Part shown: positions 45,136 through 55,442 of the stretch, piece by piece
Numbering within the stretch: the first letter of the stretch is position 1
How the letters are laid out: each line of letters starts with the position of its first letter
Notes under the pieces: generated by a model
What the model saw: only the letters and a program-made list of their open reading frames with translations
Told to the model about the DNA's origin: nothing
Databases searched by the model: none
Position numbers and translations under genes: made by a program
Assembly: GCA_965220745.1 (NCBI GenBank)
Contig: CBDCQT010000011.1
Location: 224,001 to 288,000 of the forward strand
DNA: 64,000 bases
DNA from: Alphaproteobacteria bacterium
GTDB lineage: Bacteria > Pseudomonadota > Alphaproteobacteria > UBA828
Direction: 5' to 3'

Positions 45136-46331
45136 GGCGGCGAGACGGCTGTTGCCATGACTGGACTCGATTTGTTCCGTTTGCGGCATGCCATGCGGCG
45201 CATGTCGGCAGTCACCTTGGCAAGGAAGGCGGCGGCGGCCATGACGAGGCTCATGTGGCGGTGCCAGCCGTGCCAGGAGCGGGCCTCGCAGTGATCGAGG
45301 CCGAGGTCGTCCTTGGCCCGCTGAAAGCATTCCTCGATGGTCCAGCGCAGACCGGCGGCGCCTGCCAGCTCGGCAAGGCTCGTGGCGACGGGACAGAAGA
45401 CAAGATAGTAGGCCCGCTTCTCCGGGTCTTTCCGGGAGCGGCGGATCAGGAGCCAGCGTTGCCAGCCCGAGGGGCAGTCCCAGGGCAGAGCGAACCGCGC
45501 CCAGTGGTAGAGCCGCAGACCCTTGCTGCCCTCGCCGGCGGCATGGGCCGACCAGGCGTCGTGGTCAAGACCGTCGGCGATCTGAGCAGGGGTCGTTTCA
45601 ATCAAGCCCGCGGCGTCGATGAAGCGCAGATGATGGTTGCTGCGTATCGCCAGCACGTAGGCCTGTCCTCGCTCCTCCAGCATGGAGCGCAGGCCGAAGT
45701 CCGACCCGTAGACCGCATCGGCCAGGACCCACGCACAGGGAACGCCCGCATCCAGGGCGCGCGCCACCATCTCCCGTGCCAGCGCGGGCTTGGTGGCGAA
45801 GGTCAGGTCGGCCGGGACGCCCGTCTTCGCCCGCCGGGCCTCATCCGAGGCCCAATCCTTCGGCAAGTACAGGCGCCGGTCGATCAGGGCCTGGCCGAAA
45901 CGGCCGGCATAGGCGAGAAAGACACCGACCTGGCTGTTCTCGATGCGGCCTGCAGTCCCCGTGTACTGGCGTGCGACCCCGACCGAGTGACGCCCCTTCT
46001 TCAGAAAGCCTGTCTCGTCCACCACCAGGACGCCGTCCTCGCAACCGAGCGCTTCCACGACATAGGCACGCACCTCGTCGCGCAGCGCGTCAGCATCCCA
46101 GCGGTTTCGGCCCAGGAGGCCCTGGATCCGCCAGGGACGTTCAAAGCCCGCGTGCTCCGACAGCATCCATCCGGTCTTGCGCGCAATCCCCGACAGGAGG
46201 CCATCCAGAAACGCGCTTCCCGTCTCGCGAAGCTCGCGCCGGCCGAAGACCGGGCCAAGACGCGCCTTCAGCGACGACAGCTCACCCTCCCACTCCACGA
46301 GGGAACCGGACCAGGCCGCGATACTCATCAT
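45132..46331 (-). CDS. IS701-family DDE transposase
   Basis: VVDETGFLKKG.HSVGVARQY.G, ADAVYG, RWTIEECFQRAK..LGLDH.E.RSW.GW.RH. Confidence 0.93.
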   Translation of the reverse strand: MMSIAAWSGSLVEWEGELSSLKARLGPVFGRRELRETGSAFLDGLLSGIARKTGWMLSEHAGFERPWRIQGLLGRNRWDADALRDEVRAYVVEALGCEDGVLVVDETGFLKKGRHSVGVARQYTGTAGRIENSQVGVFLAYAGRFGQALIDRRLYLPKDWASDEARRAKTGVPADLTFATKPALAREMVARALDAGVPCAWVLADAVYGSDFGLRSMLEERGQAYVLAIRSNHHLRFIDAAGLIETTPAQIADGLDHDAWSAHAAGEGSKGLRLYHWARFALPWDCPSGWQRWLLIRRSRKDPEKRAYYLVFCPVATSLAELAGAAGLRWTIEECFQRAKDDLGLDHCEARSWHGWHRHMSLVMAAAAFLAKVTADMRRMACRKRNKSSPVMATAVSPP

Positions 46332-47149
46332 TCCCCCTCTTCCCGTCCATCACGCAGCGAGGACATCACATCATCGACTAATATGCAACTGTAGTAGTAG
46401 GCCTCGGGCGCGATGGCGCCGTCAACCGCGGTCCACTGCTCAAGCAGGAAGTCGAGGAAGAGCTTCGCGCTATTGCCGATGAGCGTTTCGGGAAACGGCG
46501 CGGGCTGACGCATCAGGTGCCAGTGGAACCATGAGAACGCCAGATCGCGATCCATGTTCTCGAAGGCCGCCTGGGAGGCCACCACGTCGAGCGAGGTGAA
46601 GGTGCGCACCTGCGCGGGGTGGTCGAGCGCCATGCGATGGCCGACGCGGGCGCCGCGATCATGCCCCACCACGTGGAAGCGATCAAAGCCCAGAGCTTCC
46701 ATGACTTCGACCTGATCCCGCGCCGAGGCGCGCTTGCAGTGGTCATCGAGATCGTCGGAGGTGGGCTTGCCGCTGTCGCCGTAGCCGCGCAGGTCGGGCG
46801 CCACCACCGTGTGGTGCTCGGCGAATATCGGCGCCACCTTGTGCCACATCAGGTGATTCTGCGGATAACCGTGAAGCAGCAGAAGCGGCGGTCCCTCACC
46901 CCCCTTCACGAGATTGATCGTGATGGACGAGGTCTCGACCTGCGTCTTGGTGAAGCCGTCGAACATGCTTGGCTCATTCGTCGCATGACAGCATGCGCCG
47001 CTGTCTGCCGCCGCAGCATAGCAGTTATGCCGAGCCGGGGGTTCGACCACGCCGTGGCCGGACACATATCGGAATCAGGAACGGTGTGCGGCGCTTCTGA
47101 TGTGGGCAGCCGCAGCACCAGTGACACTCCGGAAACAGGAGGTGAGGAC

Positions 47150-47335
47150 ATGGACCTCACACCCATCACCCGAGCGGTCCGGAAGTGGCGGGAGCGCAGC
47201 CGTGCGCGGCGGGAGCTCCAGCGCCTGACCGATCTCGAGCTTGCCGATATCGGGCTCAGCCGGGGCGACATCGACGCGGTGGTGCGCGGCGATATCGTGC
47301 GGTCGCGACCGTCCGGCCTCTATGAAGCTCGGTAG
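47150..47335 (+). CDS. DUF1127 small protein
   Basis: W.ER.R.RREL..L.D..L.DIGLSR.DI; AGGAGGTGAGG RBS. Confidence 0.88.
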   Translation: MDLTPITRAVRKWRERSRARRELQRLTDLELADIGLSRGDIDAVVRGDIVRSRPSGLYEAR

Positions 47336-47505
47336 CGAGGGAAGCGGGGCCGGCCTACGGGCCGGCCTCACCACCCCGCCTGACTCCGGGCTGATCTGAC
47401 CAAATACAGGGAGGAATGAGACGGGTCCCTTGAAGCAAGGGCGAATGTCCTGAACTGGGACACGCCGTTGCCGCTGCGCCTGCGCTGTGGCAATGTCGCG
47501 CCCGC

Positions 47506-47577
47506 GCCGCCGTAGCTCAGGGGTAGAGCACTCCCTTGGTAAGGGAGGGGTCGGAAGTTCAATTCTTCCCGGCGGCA
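47506..47577 (+). tRNA. tRNA-Thr(GGT)
   Basis: Acceptor GCCGCCG/CGGCGGC, D arm GCTC/GAGC, anticodon stem CTCCC/GGGAG with loop TTGGTAA, TTCAATT T loop; followed by CCG so CCA not fully encoded. Confidence 0.95.
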
Positions 47578-47677
47578 CCGGTGCTCCCGTCGGACGCGAC
47601 AAAACTCCCGGCTGCGCTTCCCGCCTGTGTCCCACCTCGCCTATAATCGGCCTTGCAGCGAGACTGCGGGGGAAGTC

Positions 47678-48034
47678 ATGCAGATCGCCATCACGGGCCG
47701 GCACGTCAGCGTCAACGAGAGCTTTCGCGACCAGGTGACACGGCGCCTCGAAGCCTCGGCGGGGAAGTTCTTCTCCACCGCCATCGACGCGCAGGCGGTG
47801 TTCGCCAAGGTGGCGCAGATGATCGAGACCGACCTTATGATCCATGTCGGCCACGGCATCAGGTTCCAGAGCCACGCGTCGGCGGCCGACATGACGGCGA
47901 GCTTCAGCATCGCCGCCGAGCGCCTGGAGAAGCGCATGCGGCGGCACAAGCGCAAGCTGCGCGACCATCACAAGTCCCCGCGCGGCGCGAGGGCCGTGGA
48001 CGGGGCCGAACCGTCTCCGCAGCCGGCCGACTGA
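47678..48034 (+). CDS. hpf: Ribosome hibernation factor HPF/RaiA (short form)
   Basis: MQIAITGRHV..., ERLEKRMRRHKRKLRDH; upstream of ptsN. Confidence 0.88.
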   Translation: MQIAITGRHVSVNESFRDQVTRRLEASAGKFFSTAIDAQAVFAKVAQMIETDLMIHVGHGIRFQSHASAADMTASFSIAAERLEKRMRRHKRKLRDHHKSPRGARAVDGAEPSPQPAD

Positions 48035-48116
48035 GCGGCGCAGCGGCCGGGCAGCGGCCGCCGGCACCTTAAGACCAAGCGCAGCCGTCTACGGCAACCG
48101 ACAGAGCGGCTGGGGA

Positions 48117-48581
48117 ATGGAGATCGCGGACCTCTTGCCATTGAGCGGTGTCCTGGACGACGTGAGGGCGGGCAGCAAGAAGCAGGCGCTGCAGGAGCTT
48201 TCCGCCGTCGCCGCGGCGCAGACGGAGCAGGAGGAGCGCACCGTCCTGGATACATTGCTCGCGCGCGAGCGCCTGGGCTCGACCGGGGTCGGCGCCGGAG
48301 TCGCGATCCCGCATGGCAGACTCGGCAGCCTCACGCAGCTCTCGGCGGTGTTCGCCCGCCTGCGAGAGCCCATCGAGTTCGACGCGGTGGACGGGAAGCC
48401 GGTGGACCTCATCTTCCTGCTGCTCGCGCCGGATTCTGCCGGATCGGATCATCTGAAGGCGCTGGCGCTGGTCTCGCGCCTGCTGCGGGACCACCGCGTG
48501 TGCGCGCGCCTGCGCGGGGCAGACAGCGCGGAGGCACTCTATGCCGTCCTCACCGGTGCGGCTGGCACGTCGCGGGCGTGA
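48117..48581 (+). CDS. ptsN: PTS EIIA-Ntr
   Basis: SKKQALQEL, RERLGSTGVG.GVAIPH, FDAVD.KPVD, HLKAL. Confidence 0.93.
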   Translation: MEIADLLPLSGVLDDVRAGSKKQALQELSAVAAAQTEQEERTVLDTLLARERLGSTGVGAGVAIPHGRLGSLTQLSAVFARLREPIEFDAVDGKPVDLIFLLLAPDSAGSDHLKALALVSRLLRDHRVCARLRGADSAEALYAVLTGAAGTSRA

Positions 48582-48628
48582 GCGCCCGGCCGATTGACAG
48601 CCGCCCCGCCGGGCCGCACGGTCGCGCC

Positions 48629-49084
48629 ATGGTTCTGATTCATGCCAGCTGCGTCGCCCTGGAGGGCAAGGGCGTGCTGCTGCGCGGCGCCCCCGGCGCC
48701 GGCAAGTCCGACCTCGCGTTGCGCCTGATCGAAGGCGGGGCCCGGCTCGTGGCGGACGATCAGGTAGCATTGACGAGCACCGGCGAGAGGCTGTTCGTGG
48801 CGCCGCCGGCGCGGATCGCAGGACTGCTCGAAGTGCGCGGGATCGGGATCGTCTCGATGGAATTCCTGTCCCAATGCCCGGTCCACCTCGTGGTCGATTT
48901 GGTCGAGCCCAACAAGGTCGAGCGCAGCCCGGAGGCAGCGACCATCGACCTCTGCGACCATCGAATCTCGCACGTGACACTCGCCCCATTTGAGGCGTCG
49001 ACGCCGGCGAAGGTCAGGCTTGCGCTCTCGCGCGCCGCTGCTGCCGGACAGGACGCGCTAGAAACGCGCTCGGCCGGACGATGA
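48629..49084 (+). CDS. hprK: HPr kinase/phosphorylase (C-terminal domain only)
   Basis: IHASCV, GAPGAGKS, LVADD, GLLEVRGIGI. Confidence 0.88.
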   Translation: MVLIHASCVALEGKGVLLRGAPGAGKSDLALRLIEGGARLVADDQVALTSTGERLFVAPPARIAGLLEVRGIGIVSMEFLSQCPVHLVVDLVEPNKVERSPEAATIDLCDHRISHVTLAPFEASTPAKVRLALSRAAAAGQDALETRSAGR

Positions 49085-49995
49085 GCGCAGATCCCTCTGG
49101 CAGTCGTGCTCTCGTGCTGGTGACCGGAATGTCCGGCGCCGGCAAGTCGACCGCGCTCAAAATCCTGGAAGACCTCGGCTACGAGGCGATCGACAACCTG
49201 CCCCTCTCGCTGCTCTCGGAGCTGGTCCAGGCGCGGGGCGAGAACGGGCGGCCGGGCCCGCTCGCGCTCGGCATCGATTCGCGGACGAGGGGGTTCGATC
49301 CCGGCGACATCGAGCGCTATCTCGAGCCGCTACTTGGCGAGGGCGAGCGTGGCGAGATCGCGCTGCTCTTTCTCGACTGCGAGACCGAGGTGCTGCGCCG
49401 GCGCTTCAGCGAGACTCGCCGCCCACACCCGCTGGCGCACGATGATCCTGTCGACGAGGGAATCCGGCGCGAGCGCGCGCTGCTCGGCTGGGTCCGCGAC
49501 CGGGCAGACCTCACCGTCAACACCAGCCGGCTTTCCGTTCGCGATCTGCGCAGCATCATCGCCGCGCGTTTTGGGCCGGAGGCCGGGCGGGCGCCCGCGA
49601 TCTTCGTGCTCTCCTTCGCCTACAGCCGCGGTGTGCCGCCGGACGCCGACTTCGTGTTCGATGCCCGCTTCCTCACCAACCCTCACCATGTGCCAGCGCT
49701 TCGGCCGCTTACCGGGCGGGAGCCCGAGGTCGCATGCCACGTGCGGGATGACCCGGCTTATGGCCCTTTCTTCGAAGGCATGGTCGCGATGCTCACGCCC
49801 TTGCTGCCGGCCTTTGAGCGGGACGGGCGCTCCTACCTCACCATCGCGCTCGGATGCACGGGCGGGCGGCACCGCTCCGTCGCCGTGGCGGAGCACCTGG
49901 CCGAGACGCTCGGCGGCGGACGCTGGCAGGTCACGGTGCGCCACCGCGATCTCGACACCGAGCCCGCGGCACCCGCGATGCAAGCCAACGGATGA
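49081..49995 (+). CDS. rapZ: RNase adapter RapZ-family protein
   Basis: TGMSGAGKS, IDNLP, RRFSETRRPHPL, FDARFL.NP, GCTGGRHRSV. Confidence 0.92.
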   Translation: MSADPSGSRALVLVTGMSGAGKSTALKILEDLGYEAIDNLPLSLLSELVQARGENGRPGPLALGIDSRTRGFDPGDIERYLEPLLGEGERGEIALLFLDCETEVLRRRFSETRRPHPLAHDDPVDEGIRRERALLGWVRDRADLTVNTSRLSVRDLRSIIAARFGPEAGRAPAIFVLSFAYSRGVPPDADFVFDARFLTNPHHVPALRPLTGREPEVACHVRDDPAYGPFFEGMVAMLTPLLPAFERDGRSYLTIALGCTGGRHRSVAVAEHLAETLGGGRWQVTVRHRDLDTEPAAPAMQANG

Positions 49996-49999
49996 CCCG

Positions 50000-50407
50000 A
50001 TGATCGGACTCGTTCTCGTCACCCACGGGCAGCTCGCCGAGGAGTTCGTTGCGGCGACCGAGCACGTCGTCGGGCCGCAATCCCGCACGCGCGCCATTTG
50101 CATCGGCCCCGACGACGACATGGAGCAGCGCCGCCAGGACATTCTCGACGCCATCGGCGCGACCGACGAGGGCGACGGGGTGATCGTGCTTACCGACATG
50201 TTCGGCGGGACGCCCTCGAACCTCGCCATCTCGGTCATGGAAGGCGCGAATGTCGAGGTCATCGCCGGCGTGAACCTGCCGATGCTGATCAAGCTCGCGA
50301 GTGTGCGTTCGGGCAGTGATCTGCGGGGTGCCGTGGCCGCCGCGCAGGAGGCCGGGCGCACCTATATCCATGTCGCGGGGCGGCTGCTCGAGGGTGACAA
50401 GACGTGA
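50000..50407 (+). CDS. manX: PTS EIIA, mannose family
   Basis: VTHG, TDMFGGTPSN, GVNLPML. Confidence 0.9.
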   Translation: MIGLVLVTHGQLAEEFVAATEHVVGPQSRTRAICIGPDDDMEQRRQDILDAIGATDEGDGVIVLTDMFGGTPSNLAISVMEGANVEVIAGVNLPMLIKLASVRSGSDLRGAVAAAQEAGRTYIHVAGRLLEGDKT

Positions 50408-50703
50408 ATAAAGCGGCGACCGAGCCCGGCGAGGGAAGCCACCGTCGCACGTGTCTGATCGCCAACCGGCGCGGGCTGCACGCGCGGGCCGCCGCCAACT
50501 TCGTCAGGACCGCCTCGCAGTTCGAGGCCGACGTCGCGGTCTCCTGCAACGGCACACAGGTCTCGGGCCTGTCGATCCTGGGGCTGATGATGCTGGCGGC
50601 GGGGCCGGGTACCGAGATCGAGATCGAGACCGCGGGCAGAGATGCAGCGGTGGCGCTGGCGGCGTTGGCAAAGCTCGTGGACGGTGGCTTCGATGAAGAC
50701 TGA
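50404..50703 (+). CDS. HPr/NPr phosphocarrier
   Basis: N.RGLHARAA, SILGLMMLAA, F.E C-terminus. Confidence 0.92.
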   Translation: MNKAATEPGEGSHRRTCLIANRRGLHARAAANFVRTASQFEADVAVSCNGTQVSGLSILGLMMLAAGPGTEIEIETAGRDAAVALAALAKLVDGGFDED

Positions 50704-52495
50704 AGCAAGCTCCGCTGTCGCGCGCCCGCAGGCCGTTGAGCTCGCGGAGCGGCCTGAGCGGCACTTCAGCGGCCTCGGGGTCTCCGCCGGCATCGCGGTA
50801 GGACCCGCGCATGTGGTCGAGCGCGGCCTCATCGACGTGCCGGAGTACCGCATCGAGGACGAAGCGATCGAGACCGAAATCGCGCGTTTTAGCGACGCCG
50901 TCACGCTTTCCGCATCGCAGATCCGCAACCTCCAGGCCCAGGCCGAGACTCTGCCGGAGGAGGTGGCCGGCCAGCTTCGCCACCTGCTCGATGCGCACCT
51001 GCTGATGCTGACGGGCTCGCGGCTCGTGCGTGGCGTCGAGGCCCGCATCCGAGACGCCCGCATCAACGCCGAGGCGGCAGTCCAGGTACAGCTCTCGGAA
51101 ATCGCGCAGGCCTTCGCCGTGATGGAGGACCCCTACCTCGCAGGCAAGATCGACGACGTGCGCGAGGCCAGCGCACGCCTCGTGCGAAACCTGACCCGTG
51201 CCGGCTATCAGGCTTTCTCTGGCCTGCCCCCCGGTACCATCGTCATCGCCGAGGAGATCACGCCGGCCGATACCGCGCTCATGGACCCCGCGCGCATCGG
51301 CGGCTTCGCCGCAGCGCTTGGCGGCGCCGAAGGGCATACCGCGATCATGGCACGCTCGCTCGGGTTGCCGGCAGTGCTCGGGGTGGCGGACCTCGCCGGC
51401 GCCGTACGCTCAGGCGACATCGTGGCTGTGGACGGTGTGCGCGGTGGGCTCGTGGTCAACCCCGACGAGACGACGATCGCGCGGCTCGAGCGCCGGCGCC
51501 GCGCGCTTGAGCGGCGCGAGCGCCAGCTCGCCCGGTTACGCGAAGTCGCGGCCGTCTCGTCCGATGGCGCGCGCGTGACCCTGCAATGCAACATCGAGCT
51601 GCCAAACGAGCTGCCGCAGGCACAGGAAGCGGGCGCCGAGGGCATCGGGCTCCTGCGCAGCGAGTTCCTCTACATGAACCGCGAGAAGCCGCCGAGCGAG
51701 GACGAGCAATACGTCGCGCTCAAGGAGATCGTCGCCGGCATGGAGGGAGCGCCAGTGACCGTGCGCACCCTCGATGTGGGTTCGGACAAGCTCGCCTACT
51801 CCCTCGGCGAGCACATCGCGCCGAGCGTCAATCCGGCGCTCGGGCTCCGCGCCATCCGCCTTTCGCTCAAGACGCCGGCATTGCTGGAGGCGCAGATCGC
51901 GGCGATCCTCCGCGCCGGTGCCCACGGGCCCGTGCGCATCCTCGTGCCGATGATCACCTCGGTGGAAGAGATCAGACATGTGCGGAAGGCGGTGGACAAG
52001 ATGGTCCGCCGGCTGACCCGCGCGCGCATACCGATTGCAGACGCGCCGCCGCTCGGCATCATGATCGAGACGCCGGGCGCGGCGCTCGCGGCCGATGCGC
52101 TGGCCAACGCCTGCGACTTTTTCTCGCTCGGTACCAACGACCTCACCATGTACACGCTCGCGATCGACCGCGGCGACGATCAGGTCGCGCACCTGTACGA
52201 CCCTCTCCATCCCGCAGTGCTCCGGCTGATCCGCTTCACCACTGACGCGGCCCGGCGCGCCGAAATCCCGGTCAATCTCTGCGGCGAGCTCGCGGGCAAC
52301 CCGCGTTTCACCGCGATGCTGCTGGGCTTCGGCCTGCGCGATCTCTCCATGGCGCCACCGAACGTGCCGCGCGTGAAGCAACGCATCCTCGCGCTCGACG
52401 CCGAAGCGGCAACGCGCCACGCGGAGGAGTTGCTGAGCCAATCCGAGGCCGGACGCATCGCGAAGCTGATCGACGCCTTTCCCGGCGACTCTTGA
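50693..52495 (+). CDS. ptsI: PTS Enzyme I (no GAF domain)
   Basis: GHTAIMAR, GIGLLRSEF, NPALGLRAIR, MIETP, SLGTNDL..Y, CGE. Confidence 0.9.
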   Translation: MKTEASSAVARPQAVELAERPERHFSGLGVSAGIAVGPAHVVERGLIDVPEYRIEDEAIETEIARFSDAVTLSASQIRNLQAQAETLPEEVAGQLRHLLDAHLLMLTGSRLVRGVEARIRDARINAEAAVQVQLSEIAQAFAVMEDPYLAGKIDDVREASARLVRNLTRAGYQAFSGLPPGTIVIAEEITPADTALMDPARIGGFAAALGGAEGHTAIMARSLGLPAVLGVADLAGAVRSGDIVAVDGVRGGLVVNPDETTIARLERRRRALERRERQLARLREVAAVSSDGARVTLQCNIELPNELPQAQEAGAEGIGLLRSEFLYMNREKPPSEDEQYVALKEIVAGMEGAPVTVRTLDVGSDKLAYSLGEHIAPSVNPALGLRAIRLSLKTPALLEAQIAAILRAGAHGPVRILVPMITSVEEIRHVRKAVDKMVRRLTRARIPIADAPPLGIMIETPGAALAADALANACDFFSLGTNDLTMYTLAIDRGDDQVAHLYDPLHPAVLRLIRFTTDAARRAEIPVNLCGELAGNPRFTAMLLGFGLRDLSMAPPNVPRVKQRILALDAEAATRHAEELLSQSEAGRIAKLIDAFPGDS

Positions 52496-52613
52496 GGCCG
52501 CGACCACCGCTGGGTGGCAAGCCAGCTTGCTCCTGTTGTGAGGCCCCGGCGGCGGTGCTAAAAGCCGCGCCGGCAGTGGCACGGAAGCTGCTCCGGCGAG
52601 TAAGGAACCAAGA

Positions 52614-53909
<1,296 letters not shown>

Positions 53910-53967
53910 CGATAGGGCGCCGAGCGCCACGGCGAGCGAAAGCGCGACGCCGCGCGAGCCCCTCATC

Positions 53968-54441
53968 GTGCGCGCCGAGGCGTTGGCGGAGACCGAGAGG
54001 CTGGCGCAGGGCCTCGCCCCGCATGTGGCGTCGGGCGATGTGATCGGGCTCTGCGGGCCGCTCGGCAGCGGCAAGACCGCCTTCGCCCGGGCCTTCATCC
54101 GCGCGCGGCTCGGCCGGCCCGCGGAGGAGGTGCCAAGCCCCACCTTCACCCTGGTGCAGCTCTACGAGCACGAAGCGGGGGCGATCTGGCACTTCGACCT
54201 CTACCGCCTGAGCGCGCCGGAGGACGCCTACGAGCTCGGCGTCGAGGATGCGTTCGCAGGCGCGATTTCGCTGATCGAATGGCCGGAAAAGCTGGGCGCC
54301 ATGATGCCCGCCGACTGGCTTGAGGTGCGTCTCGCGCCGGGAGAGGACGAAGAGGCGCGGGTCATCACGATCGCTCCTCATGGTCCGCGAGGCGAGGTGC
54401 TAGCGGCGGCGCTCGCCCGAGACCTGGAGAGGGGGATGTGA
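53968..54441 (+). CDS. tsaE: tRNA t6A biosynthesis ATPase
   Basis: GPLGSGKT, VPSPTFTLVQ.Y, HFDLYRL, LIEW. Confidence 0.92.
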   Translation: MRAEALAETERLAQGLAPHVASGDVIGLCGPLGSGKTAFARAFIRARLGRPAEEVPSPTFTLVQLYEHEAGAIWHFDLYRLSAPEDAYELGVEDAFAGAISLIEWPEKLGAMMPADWLEVRLAPGEDEEARVITIAPHGPRGEVLAAALARDLERGM

Positions 54442-55442
54442 GCGAGCGCGAGCGGCAGCGCAAGAGCTTCGCCGCGCGTGCGGGCTGGGGCGAGGCGGCG
54501 CACGCGGCACTGGCCGGCGACGCGTCCGCGCGGCATTACGAACGGCTCGTGAGGGGCGATGCAACGGCCGTGCTCATGGATGATCCGCCGCCGGGGCATT
54601 CCGTCGGTACTTTCGTGCGGATTGCGCGCCTGCTGCGCGGCATGGGCTACCGTGCGCCCGATATTCTCGCCGTCGACGAAGCGCAGGGGTTCGCCTTGCT
54701 GGAAGACTTCGGCGACGACAGCTTTTCGGCTCTGCTCGACGGGCCGAATGTCTCCTCCCTGGAGCGCACGCTCTACGAGGCGGCGACCGATTTCCTGATC
54801 AATCTCCACCGCCAGCCGGTGCCGCCCGACCTGCCCCGCTACGATCCCCATTGGATGCTGAGCGATGCTACGCTCTTCCTGGAGACCGCCATCAACGACG
54901 CGGTGGAGCCTGCGATGGCGGCAGAATTCGAAGCGGCGTGGCGAAAGCCGCTGGAAGCCACGATGCAAGGGCCGGCCGTGCTTTGCCTGCGCGATTTTCA
55001 CGCCGGCAACCTGATGTGGCTGGCGGCGCGGGGCGATGGCGGCTACGGCACGTCGGGGGTCGGCCGGATCGGGCTGCTGGATTTTCAGGATGCGCGCTTA
55101 GGCCCTGCGGCTTACGACCTAGTCTCGCTGCTGCAGGACGCGCGGCGCGATCTCGGTGCCGACTTGGAACGGGCGATGCTGGCGCGCTACCTCAACGCGT
55201 CGCCCGACCTCGACGAAAACCTGTTCCGCGCGGCCTACGCCATTCTCGGTGCGCAGCGTGCGGTGCGGATCATCAGCGTCTTCCATCGGCTCGCGCGGCG
55301 GGACGGCAAGCCCGCCTACCTCGCCCATTTGTCGCGGGTGTGGCGGCACCTCGACGCCAATCTCGCCCATCCCGCGCTCGCCCCGGTGCGAGCCTGGTTC
55401 GAGCGCTGGGTTTCTCCCGACACGCGGAGCCCCGCGCCATGA
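54438..55442 (+). CDS. amgK: Anomeric MurNAc/GlcNAc kinase (APH family)
   Basis: GDAS.R.Y.R, LEDFGD, RDFH..NLM, LDFQDA, YDLVSLLQD. Confidence 0.82.
   Translation: MSERERQRKSFAARAGWGEAAHAALAGDASARHYERLVRGDATAVLMDDPPPGHSVGTFVRIARLLRGMGYRAPDILAVDEAQGFALLEDFGDDSFSALLDGPNVSSLERTLYEAATDFLINLHRQPVPPDLPRYDPHWMLSDATLFLETAINDAVEPAMAAEFEAAWRKPLEATMQGPAVLCLRDFHAGNLMWLAARGDGGYGTSGVGRIGLLDFQDARLGPAAYDLVSLLQDARRDLGADLERAMLARYLNASPDLDENLFRAAYAILGAQRAVRIISVFHRLARRDGKPAYLAHLSRVWRHLDANLAHPALAPVRAWFERWVSPDTRSPAP

Larger units (their letters stand above)
44959..46396 (-). mobile_element. IS701-family insertion sequence
   Basis: Perfect 12-bp inverted repeats TACTACAGTTGC (44963-44974) / GCAACTGTAGTA (46385-46396) around a DDE transposase. 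Confidence 0.92.
44641..46966 (-). pseudogene. Haloacetate dehalogenase-like alpha/beta hydrolase interrupted by IS701
   Basis: 5' part 46966-46397 (LLHGYPQ, GHDRGARV); 3' part 44958-44641 (AEYLRCF, DYRA, CGHFLPEEAP); the halves rejoin in frame. Confidence 0.9.

Noticed and set aside
47506-47600. tRNA-Thr as an island attachment site
   Set aside because: No integrase and no duplicated tRNA 3' end noticed in the window.
52496-52613. SAH riboswitch upstream of ahcY
   Set aside because: GC hairpins are present, but I could not find the GAGGAGCG/CGCUC pseudoknot consensus.
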